Origin: a virus
Lineage: Duplodnaviria; Heunggongvirae; Uroviricota; Caudoviricetes
DNA length: 64,000 bases
Direction: 5' to 3' (one strand)
Virus record (IMG/VR): IMGVR_UViG_3300029861_000002
Shown here: one piece after another, positions 55,443-64,000 of the stretch
How the letters are laid out: each line of letters begins with the position of its first letter
Position numbering within the stretch: position 1 is the first letter of the stretch
Position numbers and translations under genes: made by a program
Notes under the pieces: generated by a model
Databases searched by the model: none
What the model was told of the DNA's origin: nothing
Seen by the model: the letters and a program-made list of their open reading frames with translations, nothing else

Positions 55443-55970
55443 ATGGTAAATAAATGTGTTGTATGTGGGAAGGATTTTGAGGCCATAAAATCCACAAAGA
55501 AATATTGCAGTAATGATTGCATGAATGCTGCCAGAAGAGCTAGATATGGAGAACGACAAATTTAGATGGTTACTAATTCAATGGATTTACATAATAAAAG
55601 CTGTCTTATTTGTGGGAAAGATTTTACGCCTAAAACCCCCGCCGCGAATAATCGTCAATGCTGTTATAATTGTATGCCAGATGGAGTTCAACTAACTAGA
55701 GGAATGTTTCTAGCTAAAATAAAAGAGCACCTAGGTGGAAGATGTATAAAATGTGGATACGATAAATGTTTAAAAGCTCTAGAATTTCATCATTTAGATC
55801 CCTCTAAAAAAGATTTTACTATTAGTAACGATCATTTTAAGTTAAAAGAAGCGGTTGAAGAAGTAAAAAAATGTATTTTAATATGTTCTAATTGTCATAA
55901 AGAATTACATGATAATTTATGGACTATAGATGAACTAAATCTTGAAGAAAAGGAGGAAGTAGAACCATGA
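55443..55970 (+). CDS. HNH homing endonuclease (1 in-frame TAG)
   Basis: RBS AGGAGGAA. Zn-ribbons (CVVCGK..C, CLICGK..CCYNC) and HNH core EFHHLDPSKKDF...CSNCHKELH. TAG at 55563 joins the two track ORFs. Confidence 0.7.
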
Positions 55971-57147
55971 CTCTAACTAACATGCAAGAGCAAGGTTTGA
56001 AAATCGCTGTAGCCCGATACAAAGCTCATGAGCCCTATACTTGTATCGCTGGCTACGCCTGACCGGAACAGGGAAAAGCACCTTAATTAAATTTATTGTG
56101 GCTGCTCTTAATATGTATGAGGAAGAGGTTGCTTATATCGCTTTTACTGGAAAGGCTTCAGAAGTACTGCGAGAAAAAGGGTGTCCTAATGCTCAAACCG
56201 CGCATAGATTACTTTATTATAGTAAACAAATGCCTAATGGTAAGTTTGTTTATAAACCTCGGCCACATATTGAATATAGTCTTATTGTTGTAGACGAGGT
56301 ATCTATGTTACCTATTGATATGTGGGAATTGTTACTTTCTCATGGAGTATATGTTATTGCTTGCGGCGACCCGTTCCAGTTGCCACCTGTAGACAAGACT
56401 AAAGAAAACCATATACTTGACAACCCGCATATTTTCTTAGATGAGGTAATGAGACAAGCTAAAGAAAGCGATATTATTGTTACAAGTATGAATATCAGAG
56501 AAGGCAAATCAATCGTTCCAATGCGAGGAAATGATACTCAAATATTTAGAAAACAAGAACTTGTAGCTGGGATGTACGGTTGGGCCGATGAAATTCTTGT
56601 TGCGACAAATAAGAATAGATTTGATATAAATTAGTTTATGAGACTTGATGCCGGAAGAAGCTCAGAACCAGAAAGAGACGATAAAGTTATTTGTCTAAGA
56701 AATACGTGGGATATTTGTTCTGTTAAAGATGAAAACCCTCTTATCAACGGCACAATAGGTTACTTAAAAGATTTCTCTCTAGTTACTATGCAGTACAAAA
56801 CTCTTACTGAATCTTTTACGGCTCAAATACTTCTTTCTAGTATTGAGACAACCTCTGGAGACACCTATCTTGATGTTCCTATTGATTATAATTCGCTTTT
56901 AACAGGTAAGAAAACTTTTACTCCACAGCAAGAATATTATCTTAATAAAAGAAAGGATAATCCACCTCTCCCAATAGAGTTTAACTATGGGTACGCAATC
57001 ACTACTCATAGAGCCTAGGGTTCACAATGGGACAATGTATTGGTTATAGAGGAAAATTTTCCTTTCGATAAAGAAGAGCATGCTAGATGGCTTTATACCG
57101 CCTGCACTAGAGCAGCAAAGAAACTAACATTGATTTTAAAGAAATAA
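55967..57147 (+). CDS. Dda/RecD-like SF1 helicase, interrupted by a frameshift near 56035-56061 (plus 2 in-frame TAG)
   Basis: The N-terminus MTLTNMQEQGLKIAV..CIAGYA is in frame 0 with RBS AAGGAGGAAG and hits TGA at 56059. The Walker A continuation LTGTGKSTLIKF is in frame +2. Later motifs are VVDEVSML, ACGDPFQLPPV and YAITTHRA[TAG]GSQWDNV. The frame-+2 ORF has no plausible start of its own. Confidence 0.55.
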
Positions 57148-57189
57148 TATAGTATAATATATTATATAGTAATATAAGAGAGGTATAAT

Positions 57190-60100
57190 ATGAGTTACTT
57201 TAACAATCATTCGCATACGGAGTTTAGTAACTTGCGTTTGCTTGACTGTATAAATAAACCAGAAGAGCTGATTGATAAAGCTATTGAAGTTGGATTAACG
57301 GGAATAGCTATCACGGACCACGAATCTCTCTCCGCGCATATGAGAGTAAATAAATATGCGAAAAAAATCAAAGAAACTAATCCCAGTTTTGTTATAGCTC
57401 TTGGTAATGAAATCTATCTTACAGATACTAGAGATTTAGGACAAAGATACTATCACTTTATCTTAATTGCTAAAGACGAAATTGGTTATAGGGGACTAAA
57501 GGAGTTATCTTCTATCGCCTGGATGAATGGTTATTATGATAGAAGAATGGAAAGAGTTCCTTTGCTTAAATCAGAATTAAAAGATGTAATGCAGAGATTT
57601 AAAGGGCATATTATTGGCACTACTGCTTGTATTGGCGGTGAATTAGGTCAATCCATTTTAAATCTAAATAATTGTGAAGAAATAAAAGATGAAGTAAACG
57701 CAAAGCGTTATCATCAACAGATTGTAGATTTTATTACTTTCTGTATAGATGTATTTGGTCAAGATGATTTTTATATTGAGTGCGCACCAGCGTCATATCC
57801 TGACCAGATTATTGCAAATAAAAGAATGTTAAAAATTGCAGAAGCGTTCTCTGTTAATATGTGTATCGGCACAGATGCCCACTATCTAACAAAAGAAGAT
57901 AGATATGTCCATAAAGCATATTTAAATTCTAAGGGCGGAGAAAGAGAAGTCGATAGCTTCTATGAATTTACTCGTCTTATGGACGAAACTGAAACTAGAG
58001 AATTACTTCGTTTGAGCTATGAAGATAATATTATTGATTGGATTTTTAATTGCTCAAACGAGATTAAAGATAAAATAGAATTTTACTCTCTGGAAAAGCA
58101 TCAGTCTATTCCAGAAGTAGAAGTAACTGATTACCCTCCTACTGCATGGTGGGGAACTAACAATGATTATGCAGATGAAATGTCTAAGTATCCAATCCTA
58201 AAATCACTTTTCACTTCCGATAATATTCAAGAGCGTTATTGGATAAATGAATGCTGGAAAGCGCTAGAAGCAAAAGGTATTGATTGGATTGATAGACCAG
58301 AATATCCAGAAAGACTTGAAGAAGAAGCAAGAGTAAAGAGAGTGATTGGAGAGAAATTACAAACTTGTATGTTCGCTTATCCAAATACATTAAAACACTA
58401 TGTTGATTTGTTTTGGGATTGCGGAAGTACGGTAGGTGCGGGTCGAGGTTCGGCTTGTGCAGCTCTTAATCATTATCTTCTTGGAATTACTCAGCTGGAT
58501 CCAATCGAATGGGATCTTCCTTTCTGGAGATATATCAATGACAAAAGAACAGAACTTGGAGATATTGATTTGGACTTGGCTCCATCTAAGATTCAAAAAA
58601 TCTTTGCTGAAATCAGAAAAGAACGAGGAGAATTAGGGCTAGTCCAAGTATGTACCTTCGGAACTGAGGGAACTAAATCTGCCATATTGACAGCCTGTAG
58701 AGGTTATAGATCTGACGATTATCCAGAAGGTATTGATGTTGATATGGCTCAATATATGAGTTCCCTAATTCCGCAGGAAAGAGGCTTCTTGTGGCCCATT
58801 GAGGACGTCGTTAATGGAAACCCAGAAAAGGGACGTAAAGCAGTTACTACATTTGTAAATACTGTAAATCAATATCCCGGTCTTCTAGATATTATTACTA
58901 GAATTCAAGGGCTTGTAAATAAACGTTCTAGTCATGCATCCGGCGTTATTTTGTTTGATGAAAATATTTTCGACAGTGCCGCAGTTATGAGAACACCAAA
59001 GGGTGCATTAATTACTCAATGGGATTTGCATGACCAAGAGGCTGCTGGTTCTGTTAAGTATGACTTTCTCTTAACAGCAGTTCAAGATATTATTATCCAA
59101 GCTGTTGAATTACTACAAGAAGATGGAGTTATCGAAAAAGATTTAACTTTAAGAGAAGTATATAATAAATATCTTCATCCATCTGTCTTGCCTCAAGATG
59201 ATAAAAAAATGTGGGATGCTTTAGCTAATGGTGATGTTCTTGGATGTTTCCAATTTGACTCAAGCGTTGGTGCACAAGCCGCGAAGAAGATTAAACCTCA
59301 AAATCCGCATGAGATGGCTGACGCGAATGGATTGATGCGCCTAATGACTTCCGAAAAAGGTGCTGAAACTCCAATGGAGAAGTATGTTCGATTTAAGAAT
59401 AATATTTCTCTTTGGTATCAAGAAATGGACAGAGAAGGATTAACAAAAGAAGAACAAAGGATTCTCGAACCGCATTTCTTACGTTCTTATGGTGTTCCTC
59501 CTAGCCAAGAACAAATGATGACCATGTTACAAGACGAGAATATCTGCGGATTTACTCTTGAAGAAGCGAATGCTGCAAGAAAAATTGTTGGTAAAAAGCA
59601 AATGAATAAAATCCCAGAACTTAAAGAAAAGGTCTTAAACTCTGCGAAATCTCCCGCGTTAGGACATTATGTCTGGACTTATGGCATCGGCCCGCAAATG
59701 GGTTATTCGTTCAGTATTATCCATGCTCTTGCTTATAGTTTTGTTGGTATGCAAACTCTGTATCTTGCTACTCATTTTAATCCGGTATATTGGAATACGG
59801 CGTATCTGATTGTAAATAGTGGTGCTATTGATGAAGAAGAAGGAGAACAATCAGATTATACAAAGATTGCAAAAGCAATAGGAGAAATTCGTAATGCAGG
59901 AATTAAGGTTTCCCTTGTGGATATTAATAATTCTGACTTTGGATTTAAGCCAGATGTAAAAAATAACTAGATTCTTTTCGGATTAAAGGGTTTGTCAAAT
60001 GTTAATAATGAACTGATAAAAACTATTGTAGATAATCGACCCTATGTATCTCTTGTTGATTTCTATAACAGAGTTCATCCTAATAAACAAGCAATGATTT

Positions 60101-61092
60101 CTTTAATTAAAGGTGGAGGATTCGACCAGTTTAGTTCACGTATGGAGGCTATGATTCAATATATATGGATTACCTGCGATAAGAAAAAGAGAATTACTTT
60201 ACAAAACCTTCCTGGGTTAATGAGATATGATCTTATCCCCTATGAAGAAAAGTTTGTGATGCCGAAAAGAGTGTATGAATTTAATAGGTATCTAAAAGCA
60301 GAGTGTAAAGATCCTTACAATGTAGCAAAATATAAACTCGACGAAAGAGCAATCACCTTTCTCGTTGAAATTGATTGCGAGGATCTATTGGAAACAGATA
60401 ATCTAGCATGGTATATTGACATAAAAGCCTGGGATAAAATTTATCAAAGTTACATGGACGTATTTAGAAATTGGATCTCTGAAAATAAAGAAACGATTTT
60501 AGATAATTTAAACACCACCATCTTTATGGAAGATTGGAAAAAGTATGCTTCAGGGAACATATCTTCTTGGGAAATGGAATCTCTATGTTTTTATTATCAC
60601 GACCATGAGCTAGCGAATATTAACAATAGCAAATATGGATTTGTAGACTTCTTTAGCCTTCCAGAAGAACCTCAAGTAGATAAAGTATTTAAAAAAGGTG
60701 CTTCTTTAATTCCTATTTATAAACTGCATAAAATCTGCGGGACGTGCATTGCAAAAAATAAGGTGAAGAGTACTGTATATCTTCTTACAACAACTGGAGT
60801 AGTAGCAGTTAAATTCAGACAAGAATACTTTGCTTTGTTTGATAAACAAACCTTCCAAAGAAACGCAGATGGAACAAAGAGAGTTGTAGAGAAGTCTTGG
60901 TTTAATAGAGGTAATATGATTGTTGTGCAAGGGATTAGACGAGGCGATGAATTTGTAACAAAGAAATATGCAAGTTCTGGAGGCCATCAACTTTATCACA
61001 TTGATGAAATTATCAATGGAACAGATCTAATCTTGAGAAGCGAAAGAAAACAAGGAGAAGATGAAGATGAAGATAGTAGCATTAATGGGTGA
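57190..61092 (+). CDS. dnaE: DNA polymerase III alpha subunit (DnaE-type, PHP domain) (1 in-frame TAG)
   Basis: PHP N-terminus HSHTEFSNLRLLD..IAITDH and Pol III alpha core. TAG at 59968 joins the 926-aa and 366-aa track ORFs in frame. The C-terminal LKGLSNV..IVDNRPYVSLVDFYNRV is a DnaE-like tail. About 1300 codons. Confidence 0.85.
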
Positions 61093-61612
61093 AGCAGGAA
61101 GCGGTAAGGATACTATTCTCCATAGAATTATGGAGAAGTATCCTTCCTATTTCAATGAAATTATTAGTTGTACGACTCGACCTCCTAGGCAGGGAGAGAA
61201 AGAAGGAGTTAATTATCACTTCTTATCCGTTGAAGATTTTATTAGAAAAATCTTAAATGGAGATATGCTAGAGGCTACTGAATTTAATGGTTGGCACTAT
61301 GGAACAGATAGTCAAAGTCTAACAATAGATAAGATAAATATAGGAGTATTTAATCCAGAAGGAGTTAGATGCTTACAGGAAGATGAAAACATTGAACTGT
61401 ATGTATTTTATGTGCGGGCCGCGGGTAAGTAGCGTCTTTTAAGATAGCTGAATAGAGAAGAAAATCCTGATGTAGACGAAATAATTAGAAGATACAAAGC
61501 GGATACAGAAGATTTTAGTTTTCTTAATGATATAAAATATATAACTCTTTAGAACAATACCTTAGATGATATTGATATAGCTGTTGATACTATATTTGGA
61601 CAATTCTATTAA
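61067..61612 (+). CDS. guanylate kinase-like nucleoside monophosphate kinase (3 in-frame TAG)
   Basis: P-loop MGEAGSGKDTIL and guanylate-kinase motif TTRPPRQGEKEGVNYHFLS...GWHYGT. The frame runs through TAG at 61430, 61445 and 61577 to TAA at 61610. Confidence 0.6.
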
Positions 61613-61669
61613 ATAATTATATTAGAAATCACAATATATAGTGTTCAACAAAAAATATATTACAAGGAG

Positions 61670-63859
61670 TTGTATTATATGTTACAAATAAAGAAAAGAA
61701 ATGGTATAGTAGTTCCATTTGATAGAGAACGAATTATCAACGCTATCAATAAAGCCTTCATCGAAGTAGATGGAGAATTATATGAAGATGATACTGCAAA
61801 TGATATTGCAGATGAAATTAAGTATGCAGTAAAAACTTCTGACGATGTGGTTTCTGTAGAAAAAATTCAAGACATGGTGGAAGATTTTCTTATGAAGTCT
61901 GAGCGGAGAGACGTTGCTAAAGCATACATTAGATATAGATATAAAAGAGAAATTGCCAGAAAAGGGCAAGACGATTTTATGAAAGCCTTTTCTGCCAAAG
62001 TGCAGGGTTCAGATATAGAGAATCAAAATGCTAATGTTGATGAAATGTCATTCGGCGGAAGAGTTGGTGCAGCTTCTGATTTGCAAATGAAGAAGTACGC
62101 TCTTGATTATCTTGTATCTAATAAATCACGCGCAAACCATGAGAATAATGAGATTTATATTCATGACTTAAATGCTTATGCAGTAGGTATGCATAACTGT
62201 CTTTCTATTCCTTTTGATGATTTGCTTGCAAAAGGATTTAATACAAGACAAACTGATGTACGACCAGCGGGTTCAGTAAATACAGCTTTTCAACTTGTTG
62301 CTGTAATCTTTCAGCTTCAAAGTTTACAGCAGTTTGGTGGCGTTTCTGCTACACATCTTGATTGGACTATGATTCCTTATGTAAGAAAAAGTTTCTATAA
62401 ACATTATATGGATGGATTGACATATATCGAACAAGTCATTAGCATGGATGATAGATTAAATAATCAACTGTCTATTGAAGATCCTATCTATAAGGAATTT
62501 AAAGGCGCATATTCATATGCTATCGCTATGACAGAAAAGGAAGTTCATCAAGCGGTTGAGGGAATGTATCATAATCTAAATACTCTTCAATCTCGTTCCG
62601 GCAATCAACTTCCATTTACTTCTATTAACTATGGAACTTGTACTCTTCCAGAAGGAAGAATGGTTACTAAAGCTCTTCTGGAAGTCTCTATTGAAGGACT
62701 TGGTAGACTTCACAAGACTTCAATTTTCCCCTGTGGAATTTTCCAATGTATGAAAGGTATAAATAGGAAGCCTGGAGATCCAAATTACGATTTATTTAGA
62801 TTAGCATTAAAGTCTACTGCCACTAGATTATATCCTAATTATGCTAATGTAGATTGGTCTGGCAATGCCGGATATGATGTAAACGATCCAAGTACATATT
62901 TCTCTACAATGGGATGTAGAACTGCTAATGGATTCGATATTAACGGCTTAAAGCAACAGAAAGACGGTAGAGGAAATATCTGTCCTGTTACTATTATAAT
63001 GCCAACAATAGCAATGGAAGCTAATGGTGACGTAGAAACTTTTATGAAACTTTTAGATATTAAGATCGAAGAAGCGAAAGATATGCTTCTTGAAAGATTT
63101 GAATATATCTGTGCGCAACCTGCGGATTCGGCAAAATTCATGTATGAAAATGGCTTAATGGCTGGATATGATGGAATTTCTACTCGAAGTGCTTTACAAC
63201 ATGGCACATTGAGTCTTGGGCAGATTGGATTGGCAGAAACTTTACAAATTCTTATTGGATGTGATCATACTGAGCCAGAGGGCATGAAATTAGCAAAAAG
63301 AATAGAGCAGTTATTTAAAGATAGATGCGCAGAGTATAAAGAAAAATATAGACTTAATTTCGGAGTATATTATACTCCAGCCGAGAATCTTTGCTATACC
63401 TCTCTTAAAAAATTCCGTGATAAGTATGGTATCATTCCTAATGTAAGCGATAGAGAGTTCTTTACTAATTCTATGCACGTACCAGTATGGCACCAACTCT
63501 CTCCATTTGATAAAATTGATATTGAAAGTCAATTAACTGGATATTCTTCTGCTGGTTGTATTACTTATGTTGAGTTAGATACTGGCATGGAAAAGAATAT
63601 TGATGCTATGGAGACATTAGTAAATTATGCTATGGATAAAGATATTCCATACTTTGCAATAAATGTTCCATGTGACACCTGCCTAAATTGCGGATATACT
63701 GGCGAGTTTAATGATAAGTGCCCTCAGTGCGATAGTAAAGAAATTCAACAGTTAAGAAGGGTAACAGGCTATCTAACTGGTAACTACAAGACCGCCTTTA
63801 ATAAAGGAAAGCAGGATGAAGTAAACAATAGAGTTAAACATGTGGGGTATATGGAATGA
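61670..63859 (+). CDS. nrdD: anaerobic ribonucleoside-triphosphate reductase (class III)
   Basis: 729 aa. ATP-cone N-terminus, the C-terminal Zn ribbon CDTCLNCGYTGEF..CPQCD, and the glycyl-radical region RRVTGYLTGNY. Start may be 61670 or 61679. Confidence 0.9.
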   Translation: MYYMLQIKKRNGIVVPFDRERIINAINKAFIEVDGELYEDDTANDIADEIKYAVKTSDDVVSVEKIQDMVEDFLMKSERRDVAKAYIRYRYKREIARKGQDDFMKAFSAKVQGSDIENQNANVDEMSFGGRVGAASDLQMKKYALDYLVSNKSRANHENNEIYIHDLNAYAVGMHNCLSIPFDDLLAKGFNTRQTDVRPAGSVNTAFQLVAVIFQLQSLQQFGGVSATHLDWTMIPYVRKSFYKHYMDGLTYIEQVISMDDRLNNQLSIEDPIYKEFKGAYSYAIAMTEKEVHQAVEGMYHNLNTLQSRSGNQLPFTSINYGTCTLPEGRMVTKALLEVSIEGLGRLHKTSIFPCGIFQCMKGINRKPGDPNYDLFRLALKSTATRLYPNYANVDWSGNAGYDVNDPSTYFSTMGCRTANGFDINGLKQQKDGRGNICPVTIIMPTIAMEANGDVETFMKLLDIKIEEAKDMLLERFEYICAQPADSAKFMYENGLMAGYDGISTRSALQHGTLSLGQIGLAETLQILIGCDHTEPEGMKLAKRIEQLFKDRCAEYKEKYRLNFGVYYTPAENLCYTSLKKFRDKYGIIPNVSDREFFTNSMHVPVWHQLSPFDKIDIESQLTGYSSAGCITYVELDTGMEKNIDAMETLVNYAMDKDIPYFAINVPCDTCLNCGYTGEFNDKCPQCDSKEIQQLRRVTGYLTGNYKTAFNKGKQDEVNNRVKHVGYME

Positions 63860-64000
63860 AGTATGCAGGTATTATAAAAAATGACTTTGCTGCTGCTCCC
63901 GGAGTATCCTTGAGTTTCTTTACTCAAGGATGCCCCCATAGATGTAAAGGGTGTCATAATCAAGAGACTTGGGATTTTGATAGTGGCAGAGAATTTACTC
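63856..64000 (+). CDS. nrdG: anaerobic RNR activating protein (radical SAM), truncated by the window end
   Basis: MKYAGIIKNDFAAAPGVSLSFFTQGCPHRCKGCHNQETW carries the NrdG CxxxCxxC radical-SAM cluster motif. The start overlaps the nrdD stop. Confidence 0.8.
   Translation, partial: MKYAGIIKNDFAAAPGVSLSFFTQGCPHRCKGCHNQETWDFDSGREFT

Noticed and set aside
59968-59970. Split DnaE (two polypeptides) or intein at the 926/366-aa junction
   Set aside because: The junction is a single in-frame TAG, and the downstream frame starts without an RBS or ATG. No intein-like Cys/Ser...His-Asn block is present. Read-through gives a normal-length DnaE.
1-64000. TGA (rather than TAG) recoding, or TAG = pyrrolysine
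   Set aside because: TGA is the terminator of several well-defined genes, for example HNH at 7445 and the HE at 24179. I saw no pylT/pylS/pylBCD-like genes. TAG positions match conserved Gln residues, and the CUA tRNA is Gln-like.
1-64000. CRISPR arrays, integrase or transposase genes
   Set aside because: I found no regularly spaced direct repeats, tyrosine or serine recombinase motifs, or transposase signatures. The only repeats are the three families listed above.

Overview
This window is a co-directional stretch of a large, AT-rich bacteriophage genome; every gene call is on the + strand. The host is probably a low-GC Gram-positive (Firmicutes) bacterium. The evidence for that is strong AAGGAGG ribosome-binding sites, TTGACA-17-TATAAT promoters and an SLH cell-wall-binding domain in the endolysin.

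The most important finding is amber (TAG) stop-codon reassignment. It appears to be TAG to glutamine, a genetic-code-15-like recoding. At least 26 long, homology-supported reading frames are intact only if in-frame TAG is translated. Examples are the endolysin with 10 TAGs, a RecJ-like exonuclease with about 11, several homing endonucleases with 7 to 11 each, the DnaB helicase, thymidylate synthase ThyX and the DNA polymerase DnaE. Every convincing gene end uses TAA or TGA. A tRNA with anticodon CUA sits at about 14995..15069. Its D-arm is identical to the phage tRNA-Gln(UUG) and it has the G73 discriminator of tRNA-Gln.

Positions about 85 to 11071 form a tRNA island, with further tRNAs at 14246 to 15961. 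I count about 27 tRNA or tRNA-like genes in total. The island also holds a phage-encoded tmRNA (ssrA, about 4696..5026). Several tRNAs are atypical. One carries a roughly 55-nt insertion. One is a type-I tRNA with the leucine anticodon CAA. One tRNA-Pro gene is associated with an HNH homing-endonuclease cassette that is flanked by a 23-bp duplication of the tRNA 3' end.

Downstream are two coherent accessory toolkits. The first is an RNA/tRNA-repair set: a Ro60-like protein, a nucleotidyltransferase, an Rnl2-like ligase, a Thg1-like 3'-5' polymerase, a polynucleotide-kinase-like kinase with an adjacent phosphoesterase, and a PhoH/PIN protein. The second is an NAD+ salvage and reconstitution module: a cysteine hydrolase, a Prs-like enzyme, a NAMPT-like enzyme and NadE, resembling NARP1.

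The rest of the window carries lysis, replication and nucleotide-metabolism genes. These are endolysin and holin, RNase H, the topoisomerase II B and A subunits, DNA ligase, ThyX, SSB-like and RecA-like proteins, DnaB, primase, a RecJ-like exonuclease, a frameshifted Dda-like helicase, DnaE, guanylate kinase and the anaerobic ribonucleotide reductase NrdD with the start of NrdG.

Coordinates of RNA genes were derived by hand and may be off by 1 to 2 nt. CDS coordinates are anchored to the supplied ORF track. TAG-containing genes are reported as merged read-through frames.
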